Shown: one piece after another, positions 33,343 to 44,346 of the stretch | Position numbering within the stretch: the first letter of the stretch is position 1 | Layout: every line of letters starts with the position of its first letter | Notes under the pieces: model-generated | What the model saw: the letters and a program-made list of their open reading frames with translations, nothing else | What the model was told of the DNA's origin: nothing | Database searches by the model: none | Source: an uncultured virus (IMG/VR IMGVR_UViG_3300033177_000001) | Taxonomy: Duplodnaviria > Heunggongvirae > Uroviricota > Caudoviricetes | Virus record (IMG/VR): IMGVR_UViG_3300033177_000001 | DNA length: 64,000 nucleotides | Direction: 5' to 3' (one strand) | Made by a program: the position numbers and the translations under genes

Positions 33343-34686
33343 ATGAAGCTCTATCACGGTGACTGCCTTGAGATCATGAAGACCCTAGAGGCCGGGAGCG
33401 TGGAAGCGGTGGTGACTGATCCGCCCGCCGGAATCTCCTTCATGGGTAAAAGCTGGGACAGAGACAAAGGCGGACGCGACAACTGGATTGCATGGATGGA
33501 GCAGGTGGCGCGGGAGTGCCTGCGCCTGATAAAGCCCGGCGGACACGCGCTCGTGTGGGCGTTGCCTCGCACGTCTCATTGGACAGCGATGGCGTGGGAG
33601 AACGCGGGATGGGAAGTAAGGGACAGAATCGCCTTCGCGTTCGGTTCGGGCTTTCCGAAGGCGTTGGACGTGGGAAAGGCGATTGATGCAATGGCGGGAG
33701 CGGAGCGGGATGTGGTGGGGCAGGGAAGACGCTCTGGCAAGGTGCGCAGGATTTATGGTGCGATGGCTGGAAACAACCCCATCACCGCCCCCACCACCGA
33801 AGCGGCCAAACAATGGGACGGCTGGAAGTCCGCTCTCAAGCCAGCCATAGAGGACTGGTGGCTCTTCAGGAAACCGCTCGACGGTACGATTGCTGAGAAT
33901 GTCTTGAAGTACGGCGTCGGCGCGCTTAACGTGGAGGCGTGCAGGGTGGGGACGAAAGAAGATATGAACCCGAAGGATTTTGATGATACCAAAAGGACTT
34001 CTCCAAAATTCGACAAGATTTTCAACAAGGGCGTTCTTCATGGCCGCTACCCCTCCCACCTTATCCACGACGGCAGCGAGGATGTGGCGATGTGCTTCCC
34101 GGAGACGACGAGCGGGATTCCTGGAATCCGGCGTAAGGAACATGAAACGAATGCCATGTCTGGGAGGTTGGCTATCACAGGTAAACAAGAGTGTGGTATA
34201 GGCGACTCTGGCTCCGCTTCCCGCTTCTTCCAGTGTTGCCCGTTCGAGGACGAAGACTTCGAGGCGACGAGGCTGTTCTACACGGCGAAGGCCGGGAAGA
34301 GAGACAGGAACAAAGGGTGCGAGGAGTTGGAGGAGCGCGAAGGCGGAATCAAGAACACGTCCGGACGCGGTTTCAGCGAAAACGATCCCATGCGCCCGGT
34401 GCTCAACCGCAACATCCATCCAACGGTGAAAAGCCTTTCCCTCATGCGCTACCTCTGCAAGCTCATCACGCCTCCCGGCGGGACGGTGCTCGATTGTTTC
34501 ATGGGTTCCGGCAGCACCGGCAAGGCCGCGAGGCTGGAGAGATTCGACTTCATCGGCATAGAGCAGGACGCGGACTACTTCGAGATTGCACGCAAGAGAA
34601 TCGAGCACGCCGACAGGAAAGCGCGAGGCATCGTCCGCGAACCAGTCCCCGGCGGCGTGCAGCTCGGGCTGTTTGGAGAGGAGTGA
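33343..34686 (+). CDS. Beta-class N6/N4 DNA methyltransferase
   Basis: VVTDPPAG; HPTVK; VLDCFMGSGSTG. Confidence 0.9.
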   Translation: MKLYHGDCLEIMKTLEAGSVEAVVTDPPAGISFMGKSWDRDKGGRDNWIAWMEQVARECLRLIKPGGHALVWALPRTSHWTAMAWENAGWEVRDRIAFAFGSGFPKALDVGKAIDAMAGAERDVVGQGRRSGKVRRIYGAMAGNNPITAPTTEAAKQWDGWKSALKPAIEDWWLFRKPLDGTIAENVLKYGVGALNVEACRVGTKEDMNPKDFDDTKRTSPKFDKIFNKGVLHGRYPSHLIHDGSEDVAMCFPETTSGIPGIRRKEHETNAMSGRLAITGKQECGIGDSGSASRFFQCCPFEDEDFEATRLFYTAKAGKRDRNKGCEELEEREGGIKNTSGRGFSENDPMRPVLNRNIHPTVKSLSLMRYLCKLITPPGGTVLDCFMGSGSTGKAARLERFDFIGIEQDADYFEIARKRIEHADRKARGIVREPVPGGVQLGLFGEE

Positions 34687-34692
34687 TAATCC

Positions 34693-34881
34693 ATGGATAT
34701 CGTCTCGACTCAACTAAGAATACCGGCCTCGCTTCTCAAACAGGTGAGACACGAGGCCGTTGAGATGGGGGTGTCTGGGAACGCGGCTATTCTAATTCTT
34801 CTCCGTGAAGCGTTGGAGCAACGAAAGGTCGGTGTTCGGTATGGAGCGGAGCATAACGAGAACTCAAGTCCGATTTCCTGA
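34693..34881 (+). CDS. Arc-like ribbon-helix-helix regulator
   Basis: TQLRIP..GVSGNAAILILL. Confidence 0.75.
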   Translation: MDIVSTQLRIPASLLKQVRHEAVEMGVSGNAAILILLREALEQRKVGVRYGAEHNENSSPIS

Positions 34882-35038
34882 CGAGATATACAAGGCCGTC
34901 AGGCACGTAGCAGCGGCAAATGAAACATCCGTCAACACAGCAATCATTTCTCTACTGATGGAAGCGTTGGAATCCCACCATGATCAGCTTCCCAAGAGCG
35001 TATCCGCTCGTCTAGAAGATCGACAACCAGCTGGTTGA
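34841..35038 (+). CDS. Arc-like ribbon-helix-helix regulator
   Basis: RTQVRFP..TSVNTAIISLL. Confidence 0.75.
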   Translation: MERSITRTQVRFPDEIYKAVRHVAAANETSVNTAIISLLMEALESHHDQLPKSVSARLEDRQPAG

Positions 35039-35129
35039 AAGAAACCCCGTAGATAGATGCAAGGACTCTTGCCTTCTCAAACAGAGACTCGGGCACCCTG
35101 ACCTGCGTTCTGTAAATCTCTTTTGTCAT
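34944..35129 (-). CDS. Arc/Mnt-like ribbon-helix-helix regulator
   Basis: RTQVRVP..GVSFNQLVVDLL. Confidence 0.75.
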   Translation of the reverse strand: MTKEIYRTQVRVPESLFEKARVLASIYGVSFNQLVVDLLDERIRSWEADHGGIPTLPSVEK

Positions 35130-35140
35130 TTCATTTACCC

Positions 35141-35205
35141 CCTTGCCTATGGCACTATTGACAATACCACAAGCCGGTGGTAGATTGATAGTGCCTAGGG
35201 CACTA
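35141..35205 (+). promoter_or_regulatory. Promoter flanked by two 17-bp operators
   Basis: TTGACA-N17-TAGATT 35158-35186; TAGTGCC-TAG-GGCACTA 35189-35205 and CCTTGCC-TAT-GGCACTA 35141-35157. Confidence 0.7.
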
Positions 35206-35233
35206 ATGGCAAATATAGAAAGGTGGTAGACGG

Positions 35234-36040
35234 ATGTACGAGAAACTTGGACTTGTAGTCATGGATTCGAAGGTAGTGGTGAGCAGCAGGACGGTGGCGG
35301 AAGTGTTCGAGAGAGAGCACTTCAACGTGTTGCAGTCGGTCAAGAACCTCGAATGCTCCGATGGATTTAGAGCCTTGAATTTTCAAGCCTCCTCTTATCT
35401 TACTGAACAGAAGAGGGAAATGCCGGAGTTCCTTATCACTCGAAAGGGATTCGCCCTTTTGGCGATGGGATTCACCGGAGCGAAGGCTACGGCCTTCAAA
35501 GAGGAGTACATCGAAGCATTTGAAGTTATGGAAGAACGTCTGAAAAACCCCTACGCCGTCAAAATCCCGCAGTCCTTCCCGGAAGCACTTCGAGCCTACG
35601 CCAACGAGTGCGAGCAACGCGCCCTCGCCGAAGCCCAACGCGACGAAGCCATCCGCACCAAAGCGTGGATCGGTACCAGGCGCGAGGCTACGGCAATGGC
35701 TACGGCCAGCGCGGAGAAGAGGCGCGCGGAAATTCTTGCACAGGAAAGGGAAGCCCTCGCCGAACAGGTGGGCGACAGTACGAACTACAAGTCAGTCAAA
35801 AGCCTGCACTGGCTGCTCGACTTCTTCGCCGACAGCAAGGGGATGTGGAGCGCCGTCGGGAAGAAACTAAAGACGATCTCCGATGAGATGGGATGCGACG
35901 TCCGGCAGATCGAGCACAGCGACTACGGATATGTCAACGCCTACCACCGCGATGTGACTGCCCGCTTCAAGGCGAGGGTAGTCGCCGATCCGAACATGCT
36001 CGGGAAGTATCGGCGCGCGGAACTGGAGGAATCCGCATGA
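35234..36040 (+). CDS. rha: Rha-family regulator / antirepressor
   Basis: SSRTVAEVF.REH.NVL; ITRKGFALLAMGFTG..FKEEYIEAF; PQSFPEALR. Confidence 0.88.
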   Translation: MYEKLGLVVMDSKVVVSSRTVAEVFEREHFNVLQSVKNLECSDGFRALNFQASSYLTEQKREMPEFLITRKGFALLAMGFTGAKATAFKEEYIEAFEVMEERLKNPYAVKIPQSFPEALRAYANECEQRALAEAQRDEAIRTKAWIGTRREATAMATASAEKRRAEILAQEREALAEQVGDSTNYKSVKSLHWLLDFFADSKGMWSAVGKKLKTISDEMGCDVRQIEHSDYGYVNAYHRDVTARFKARVVADPNMLGKYRRAELEESA

Positions 36041-36321
36041 GCGGCGGGCGATTCGATCATCGTCAGTACATCCTCATGGACATAGCCGAAGAGATTCAGC
36101 ACGTCATCGACACGAACGACGACGCGTCAATCAACGAGTGGGGCGACAGGCGCGGGCGCGGCTACTCGCCCGAGGTTATCGCGAAGCTGCAAGAGGGCGT
36201 CAGGGCGCTGAGAATAGCACACGTCTACGCGCAGCGTGCGGACTGGCTTTTGAGCGACGACGACGGGGAGGAATCCTTTTTGCGGAGGTTAGATGATGAA
36301 CTCGGAAAAATTCGAAGTTAG
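36037..36321 (+). CDS. Conserved phage hypothetical protein (MSGGRFD...)
   Basis: SD GGAGG; ends DWLLSDDDGEESF. Confidence 0.65.
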   Translation: MSGGRFDHRQYILMDIAEEIQHVIDTNDDASINEWGDRRGRGYSPEVIAKLQEGVRALRIAHVYAQRADWLLSDDDGEESFLRRLDDELGKIRS

Positions 36322-37390
36322 AGAAACGCCCTTCTGCGTGGAGGTGTACAGCGGCAAATTCCTTGTGGCGCGGTTCTACTGGGCGGACTTGAAGGACGCG
36401 CACGAGCGGGCGCGGGAGTTTGTCACGCGGGAGATGAACCGGGAGGGGACGGAATGAACATAGAGGTTTTGACAAGCCAGCTGATTACAGTTGAAAACTC
36501 CATCCATTGCAGCACGGAGTGTCCGTTTATGCGGATGATTCAGGACGAGCACACGCTCGAGTTCTGGAAGGTGTGCGTCTTGAAGAGCCCGATAATTCCG
36601 CTGGAACGCGTGGAGGAAAGGCTGTACGAACGCACGGATGCCTGCAGGGAAGCGGAGGTCAGCAAGCAAAAAATCGACGAGTATAACGGCGTCGCTGAAA
36701 TGGCTTGGAATAACGGGGAGTGCTTCAAATGAGCCGCCGCAATCCACGCGACAGACGGGTGAAGATGCTCCGGCTCTGGCTCCGGGGGATGCGGAAGATG
36801 TCGAGGAGGATTGAGGACGCGAAGAAGGTGGCGAATAGAACCACAGTACCCATCTTCGTAGACAAAGACCGGCGCGTTATGTTCAGCGAGTTCTCTTGGC
36901 TGCGGCATATTGTCGGCGTGCGGAAGGGGACGATATTGTGAAATTCGTTGTGTGGGTCCTGACGTTTATGGTGCTGGTAAACACGGTATGCGTTGCTGCG
37001 GTCACATATTTTTATTTGACTGGAGGGCTTGCACCATGATTCACACGCCGCTCGGGAAGATCGAGCAACTTCCCTCCGGGAAATGGCTTGGCTACCTCGA
37101 AATCGGTCCGCGCTCAGACGCCGAAGGACCATTTTGGCCTATCGTGCAGATCGAAGGCCGGACGCGGGAGCAACTCATGCAGCGGATGCTGGCGGAGGCG
37201 AGGTTTCAGATTCGGATGCTCGGCGAAATGATTCATTGGGCTGAAAATCAGGAATGGGCGAGGAGGGGGAAGAAATGACGCATCTTTGCGACACCTGCAA
37301 GTACCGGGAAGAGGAGTGCAAGCCGCGCAACGCCCGCATCGTGGCGGGAGACGTGACCGAGTGCGACGGGTACGAGGAGGACGGGGCGGA

Positions 37391-38488
37391 GTGAGGGCGC
37401 TTTCCCTTTTTTCGGGAATAGGCGGCCTCGATATCGCCGCTCACTCCGCCGGGATAGAGACGGTTGCGTTCTGCGAGATAGAGCCGTTCGCGGTGCAAGT
37501 ACTCAATAAAAGATTTCCCGGAGTACCGGTGTTCGACGATGTGCGGAAGATTACGAAGGAGGCGATAGAGCAAGTGATCAAGAAGAATGATAAATACAAA
37601 AATGCCAAGAACCTATACAACATGGGGCATTCAATACAAGAGGTTGCAGACATGTATGGGATTACTCGACAAGGCATGTGGGACATTCTAAAGAGAAGAG
37701 GCACTGAGTTTAGAGACAATAAGAGATTCGGTGACGAAAACCATTTCTACCGTGGTGGGAGTAAAGCCAGTGACTACGCTCAAAATAAGATTGAGAAAGC
37801 GATACTTTACGGCAAGATGGAGCGGAAACATGTATGTGAAAACTGTGGAGCATCAGGGACTTTCAAAGACGGACGGAACATGGTACAGGCTCACCATCCT
37901 AATTACAACAAACCTCTCGAAGTAATGTGGCTCTGCCAAAAATGCCATCACGAGTGGCATAAAAACAACACACCTAAAGAATATGAGGAGGTGGTGCCTG
38001 ATGGAAGCTACGTGCCGACAATTGATGTTGTTCACGGAGGCTTCCCTCAATGACCCTGCCAAGACCTCTCTGTCGCTGGCAAGCAAAGGGGCTTGTCCGG
38101 TGAGCGCTCCGGCCTCTGGTACGAGATGCTCCGAGTTGTTAGTGAGCTTAGACCCGCTTACGTCCTTGCTGAAAATGTGCGTGGAGCGTGCAATCTCGCC
38201 CTGCCAGCCGTCGTATCCGGTCTGGAAGGAGAAGGCTACGAAGTGCGGGCAAGCGTCGTTCCAGCTTCTGCTTTTGGAGCGCCGCACAAGCGTGAAAGAC
38301 TCTTCGTCCTCGGAGTCAGGCGCGATGTGGCCTACGCCTACGCAAAGGGACTGGAAGGACGGGAGCGCGGAGGCGTGCAGGAATGTACCCGTCAACAGCC
38401 TGCTCGGGAGGGCGGTACATTGTGGCCTACACCGCCCGGAGGGATTGAGGAAGCGCATGGAGCGCGGAATGCCGCTGCGGATAAATGA
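37391..38488 (+). pseudogene. C5 cytosine MTase alpha part (motifs I-VIII) with HNH-like insertion and in-frame TGA at 38051
   Basis: SLFSGIGG, CEIE, GGF-PQ-stop-PCQD, AENV, HKRERLF all in one frame. Confidence 0.8.
37575..37990 (+). mobile_element. In-frame HTH + HNH-like endonuclease insertion; bounds approximate
   Basis: SIQEVADMYGITRQ; CENCG..AHHPNYNKPLEVMWLCQKCH; AT-rich. Confidence 0.65.
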
Positions 38489-38804
38489 CCAGGTGAATGT
38501 TTCTTCGCCGCCGGGATGCGGCCAGCTTTCGCCGCTTTGGGTGGAAATTTTGATGGGCTATCCCATCGGCTGGACAGACCCCGACTGTGAAGAACCGGAG
38601 CCGTGGCCGGGCTGGCCTGCGATGATGGGGGAGAGGCAATACCCCTACGAACCGCCGCGCACAGGCACGGGCATACCGAACAGAGCGAAGCGGCTGAAAG
38701 CCCTCGGAAACTCTGTCGTGCCTGCGCAGGCGTACCCATTCTTCGAGGCGATAGCGATCATGGAGGAGGTTAGAACACAGTGCAATACCGCATCGAGCAC
38801 GTGA
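38001..38804 (+). CDS. C5 MTase beta part in an overlapping frame (TRD-like region, motifs IX-X)
   Basis: SD GAGGAGGTG; WPTP..DWK; WVEILMGYPIGWT; RLKALGNSVVP. Confidence 0.75.
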   Translation: MEATCRQLMLFTEASLNDPAKTSLSLASKGACPVSAPASGTRCSELLVSLDPLTSLLKMCVERAISPCQPSYPVWKEKATKCGQASFQLLLLERRTSVKDSSSSESGAMWPTPTQRDWKDGSAEACRNVPVNSLLGRAVHCGLHRPEGLRKRMERGMPLRINDQVNVSSPPGCGQLSPLWVEILMGYPIGWTDPDCEEPEPWPGWPAMMGERQYPYEPPRTGTGIPNRAKRLKALGNSVVPAQAYPFFEAIAIMEEVRTQCNTASST

Positions 38805-41800
38805 AGGGCTGGAAGAATCCAGCCATAATCCGCGTCAAGGACAAATACTTCCGCCGCGTAGACGCAATCGATAACCTGTGGAACGCAGCTATTGATTTGC
38901 TTGACGAGCGATATGGGAAGGATGGTTGGGATGACCTTTGACGAATTGAAAGCCCTCCTGCGCGAGTGGTACGAGGCGGGAAAGCCTGTCAACCTCGGGA
39001 GCATGGCTGGCGTTGACGCTTTTATGGATGTGCAGTTCAGGCTGAAAACATACGCCCGGACGCTGTGTGAGGGCGGGGAGGTGACGGAATGACCCATACG
39101 AAGGGTAAGGTTGCTGTAGATAGCAGGGAAACGCTGATGATTAGAGATGATGCGGGCGGCCTAATCGCAATCCTGACACACCTGAAAGGCCCTTGTGGTT
39201 TGGGAGGTCGCAGAAATGATCAAGAGGTTGAAGATAACGCCCGTCGCCTCGCCGCCCTCTGGAACGCTGCGGAAGAGCTGGGGCTGACGACGGAGGCGAT
39301 TGAGAAGGGCGTGATACAGGATTCATACCACGCCCTTGCTGATCATTTGGTGGGAGAAATTGTATCTGAAAAGATTCATCGCCTCGAAGCGGAGAAGGCT
39401 GAGATGCTGGAGGCGCTGAAAGCAATTAAGACCGAGCTTGACGCAGATTTATTCTGCCCCATCTGCGAGTGGGTCAGAGGAACCCATAGTAAAAAATGTC
39501 CGGGGCACCTGGTAAATGCCGCCATCAGGAAAGCGAGGGGTGAGGAATGACATTGAGCATGTTGGACAAAATGATCGACGAAAAGCTGAGGCTGATTGAG
39601 GCGCTGGAGCACGCAAGAGAATTTATCTCCAACGGGGTCGCCTTCGGGTATATCCGCCTGCCGGAAGAAGGAGATACGGCGAATGATACCCTCGGGATTA
39701 TTAACGAGGCGTTGCGGGAAACGAGGTGCGAGGGCGAGGAATGAGTACGCCGCAATACTGATAACCGCCGAAGGGACCTTGATATCGGACAAATCGAGCG
39801 CGGGATTGTTGATGACGCCTTCACCGCGCTGAAAGAGAAGGTTGACGAGGAACTCTATGCCTACTACATAAAGGAGATGGTGCCGTGAACATCAAACTAC
39901 TCGACCGCACCGGACTACGAGCAGCCGCGGTAGCTGCTAAAACCTGCATCGGGAAAGCTGAAACAGGTTGGGATATGAACAGCGGAGATTTAGCAAAGTA
40001 TCTCAAAACGATCGTCAGCCAAGGGCACGAATCTGTTCTTGAGCACGTGGTGTATGTATTCGAGGTACAGGGCTTGAGCCGGGCGTGCTTGCAGCAGCTG
40101 GCAAGACACCGGCATATCTCATTGAGCGTCAAGTCTACCAGGTGGGCGCTCGAAAAGCATGGAGATTACTACACGCCTCCGGCCTTTGGAGATGATTTTA
40201 TCGGCAAAGAGGATTTTAAGGCCGATGCGGAGTCAGCTATTAGGAATGCGCGAGAAATGATGAGATCCTACGGCAACGATGTAGCAAAATACCTACTCCC
40301 GGAGTGCGTCGTCACGGACCTGATTCTCACTCTCAACCTCCGCGAGCTCCGCCACATCTACAAGCTCCGCACCGGGCGAACGGCGATGCTGGAATTTCAG
40401 CACTTGGCGAAAGAGCTTGTAGCGTGCTTGCCGGAGGATGAACAGGAGCTTGTCAGGTATCGCTCGGATGCGCTCGAACGGGCCGTCATCGAGTACCTGG
40501 AGACGGGCACGGACGAGGCGCGGGAGCGGTTGGAGAGGATGGTGCAATAGTGCAATACCACATCGAGCACATAGCAGGCTGGAAGAACCCGGCAATAATC
40601 CGCGTCAAGGATGGCGTAGTCATCGGGCACATCTACGTCGGGCATGAGGACGAGTTGAAGCCCTATCTTGGGCAGGGGGTGGATGTAAGTGACATTTGAG
40701 GAGTTGAAAGCCCTCCTGCGCGAGTGGTACGAGGCGGGAAAGCCTGTCAACCTCGGGAGCATGGCGGGCGTTGACGCATGGATGGACGTGAACTATCGGC
40801 TGAAAGAGTGCGCCCGGACGCTGTACGAGGGTGGGGAGGTGGTTCCAACAGCGGAGGGGCGCGAAATGGCGGACAAACTGTATAAGAATCGCATTCGACG
40901 CGAACACGGGCGGAGGTGACGGAATGAAAGCAACGCTCTGGAACGACCTGCACCCTGACGACCCGCCGCGCCACGGCCTGATAATCCTCGATGCGCCGTC
41001 GAAGGCGGGTGACGGGAGCCAGTATGTCGCGTGCGGCGGAGAAGACTCTGAAAGGCTGAATGAGACGGCGAGGCGGATTGCCGCCCTCTGGAACGCGGCG
41101 GAGGAGATAGGGCTGACGACCGAGAAGATCGCCGAAGGTGTAATCCAGATGACGTTCGCCCATAATCACGAGCGAAGCGCCACGATTGAAGCCCTGCTTT
41201 CGCGCTTTCAAGAATGCATGTCGGAGAAAATCGAAGCGCAACGGGCTGCCGGAAGGCTCAAAGATCAGTATGAAAACGTTTCAAAACACTACAGCAGGAG
41301 GGGTGAAGATATTGAGCGCCTCGAAGCGGAGAAGTCGGAGATGGTGGTTGCTCTTAAGACGATGGTGGAGATGGTAGAGATGAACGGTTTCGGCAAGCAC
41401 TATGCGCTTGATCTCGCAAGAGCCACTATCAGGAGGGAAGAAAAATGAGCCATACGCCGGGACCGTGGAAATTCGAAGTAGTGGACGAGACCGACAGCTT
41501 TTTAGGCTGCAAGCGGCTGGATGGAGGAAGCGGGAGTACCGTTATAGACCTATCCAACGAGTGGACAGGATACCCGGAATGCGGGCAAGACCTGCAAATG
41601 ACGATTTCCAAGGATGACGCCGCGATCATTGAGGGCGCGGCGGAGATGCTGGCTGTCCTCGAAGAACTCCGCGAATCCGCGTCATACTGGAGCGAGTATG
41701 ACGTTCCGGTGGGGATCGTGGAGAGGATCGAATCCGCCATCAGGAAAGCGAGGGGTGAGGAATGACAAGCATAAACCATGATGTGATTCAAGAGTCACTT

Positions 41801-43453
41801 GTTGAACTGAAAACGCTAGGCAAAAAGCTTTGCAATAAAATATCCGCGCTTGTAGAAGCTGGAGAAATAGTTGGGGATTGGGACAAGCTCTCGTTATACT
41901 TCGAAAATAAATACAAAGTAATGGTCAGGCTCGAAGCGCACAACATCCTGATGCGGACAACACTGGAGCTAGCGCTTGAGTGTTTTAAAATGAATGGGCT
42001 GGGGAAGGGCTATGCCATGGATGTGATTCGAGATACTCTTCGTGAAGTAGCGAGGGGCGAAGAATGCGACTGACAGAAGCAAATGCGCGCCTTGAACACC
42101 TTCTTTCAGAACTTACCAGCTCGGACGCCCAGACTGTGTTTTCACTAAAAGAGTCTCAGTCTATCCACGATGCGTTGGAAATCGCGGTGTACGCAATGCG
42201 GTATCTGATTGACCAAGGGTATGAGATCAAGCTTGTAGAGAAAGCGAGTGGCGAGGAGTGACGCACATCCCTATCTGCCCGCATTGCGGACACCCGTACT
42301 GTATGCAGGGCGACGGTGAACTCGACTTCGACGAATCCGAGCGCCGCGAGTTCGAGTGTCCGGCGTGCGAGAAGGCGTTTGTAACCACAAGGCTGGTAAA
42401 CATCGCGTATGTGACGGAGGTGACGGAATGAGCAAATGCGAACACACACAGCGGCCGATATGCCCGCACTGCGGCAAACATCAAACTGACGACATGGAGG
42501 GAAACCAGTATCAAGAGGTGGAGTGCTCTGAGTGCGGGGAGTTGTTCAAGCGGTTTCGCCACATAGAGGTCACGTACACGACGGAGGTGATGGAATGAGC
42601 TACACACCGGGACCGTGGAGAGTCACGCACACGTATTACGATACTCAATGGATAGAGGCCGACTGCGGAATGAGCGTTGCCCGTATCGCAATCGTCGACG
42701 ATGGTGCGGGATGTGAACCGGGGAATGCCACACTCATCGCCGCCGCGCCGGAGATGTTGGCCGTCCTCGAAGAGTTGCGCGAATCCTCAACGTGCTGCGG
42801 TACATACGATCTGCTTGACGAAACGACATGGGCGTCTCCCGATCTGGCGGACAGGATCGAAGCCGCCATCAGGAAAGCGAGGGGAGTGGAATGAAAAAAA
42901 CAATGAAGCCGGGACACCGCTATTTTGTAATCAATATAGACGAGCCCTACGCAAAAGCGATTTACGAAGTGCTGAAAGCCGGACAAATGGCAAAGGGACA
43001 GTGGCCAGAAGGCGACATCCCCTTTGAGACCTGGGTGGAACAAACGTGGACTAATGTCAAATCACCACTCCCACGCATATATCCGTACGATCCACAAATA
43101 ACAATAGAACGCCTAGCAGTGGAGAAGGTGGGGATGCTGGAAGCGCTGGAATGGTACGAGGATGAAAAGATTCGCGATTGCAGGAAGGTCACCCGCGAGG
43201 GAGACGAAGCAAGACATGATCTCGACCGCGACGGAGGCGAACGGGCGCGGCTGGCTCTTGAGAAAGCGAGGGGCAAGGAATGACGCACGTTCCTATCTGC
43301 CCGCACTGCGGACAGCCAGACGAGGAAAATCTCTGGCTAGCCAGGCAACAGGACGAGGAGTACGACGACATTTTCGACTGCGAGCGGTGCGGCGGGGCCT
43401 ACCGACTTCGGAATCGCGGCGGGGCGTACGAGGTGGAGGCGATGGAGGAATGA
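38780..43453 (+). repeat. Array of small mosaic paralogous genes with repeated boundary motifs
   Basis: 34-bp identity at 39519 and 41734; duplicated block 38780-39092 / 40550-40850; shared peptide modules. Confidence 0.8.
39885..40550 (+). CDS. thyX: Flavin-dependent thymidylate synthase
   Basis: GHESVLEH; SRA..QLARHRHISLSVKSTR; AKYLLP. Confidence 0.92.
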   Translation: MNIKLLDRTGLRAAAVAAKTCIGKAETGWDMNSGDLAKYLKTIVSQGHESVLEHVVYVFEVQGLSRACLQQLARHRHISLSVKSTRWALEKHGDYYTPPAFGDDFIGKEDFKADAESAIRNAREMMRSYGNDVAKYLLPECVVTDLILTLNLRELRHIYKLRTGRTAMLEFQHLAKELVACLPEDEQELVRYRSDALERAVIEYLETGTDEARERLERMVQ

Positions 43454-44346
43454 AGCGCCTCGTTCTTGTCCCTGTGTATATCCATGGGAACGAGCGATTC
43501 TGTGCCGAACACTGTCGCTATTTCAGACGGGCAGATACGGGTGGGGTTTGTCTCCTCGGGGAAACCGTGGAACGGATCAAACCCAACGGGTATCACTGGG
43601 AACGCTGCGTGAAGTGTCTTTACGGGGAGAGGAGAATGATCGAGGAATGACGCTCCTTCAAGCGACAATTCGCATCCTTTGGCTCGTGTGGTCGGGAGTA
43701 GCCGTCCTGTCGGGGGTATTCGTTTTCTGCCGACTCGTCAGGGCGATTCTTGACGAGCTTTGCGAGAGGTGGTGGATATGATGGGAACCGCGAGCATAAC
43801 CGAACAACTTCGGCGCAAGCTGGGCGGAGAGTGGCGATTTGACAGGAAATTCGGGTGTTGGAGATGCGACGACGGATGCCTTGCATATCGAGGCTTTGAG
43901 GATCAATGCTATCTGCAGGACGTGTACGGGAACACCGTCCAGGTATTCAGCCTCCGCGCAAACCGATGTTCACGAAGGCTGAAATAGACGAGGCTATGCG
44001 CGATGCGGGGCTGCGGAAATGAACTGCGAAAGTAGATGCTTCCCGCTCGGGATCCGCTGTGGGTGGGATTGCTACGCCACGTCTACACAGACAAGCGAGA
44101 ACGGCCCCAGGTTGAACGAAACGGATAAAGATGGGTATTCAATCCCTTTTGAAAAAGAAATGCAGCAGAAGGCGAAATAAGGGGATAGGTGATTAAAATG
44201 GTAGAGTTTAATATTCACTCCATCCTCCGCGCACAGAAGGGACGCCCGCCGGATACGCCGGTCGAGGCGTCCTATTTCTGGGAGGTTTGGTTGCTCCTCT
44301 GCATCTGGGCATGGGGCGTTGGCTATAGGTATGGGGAGGTGGTTGC

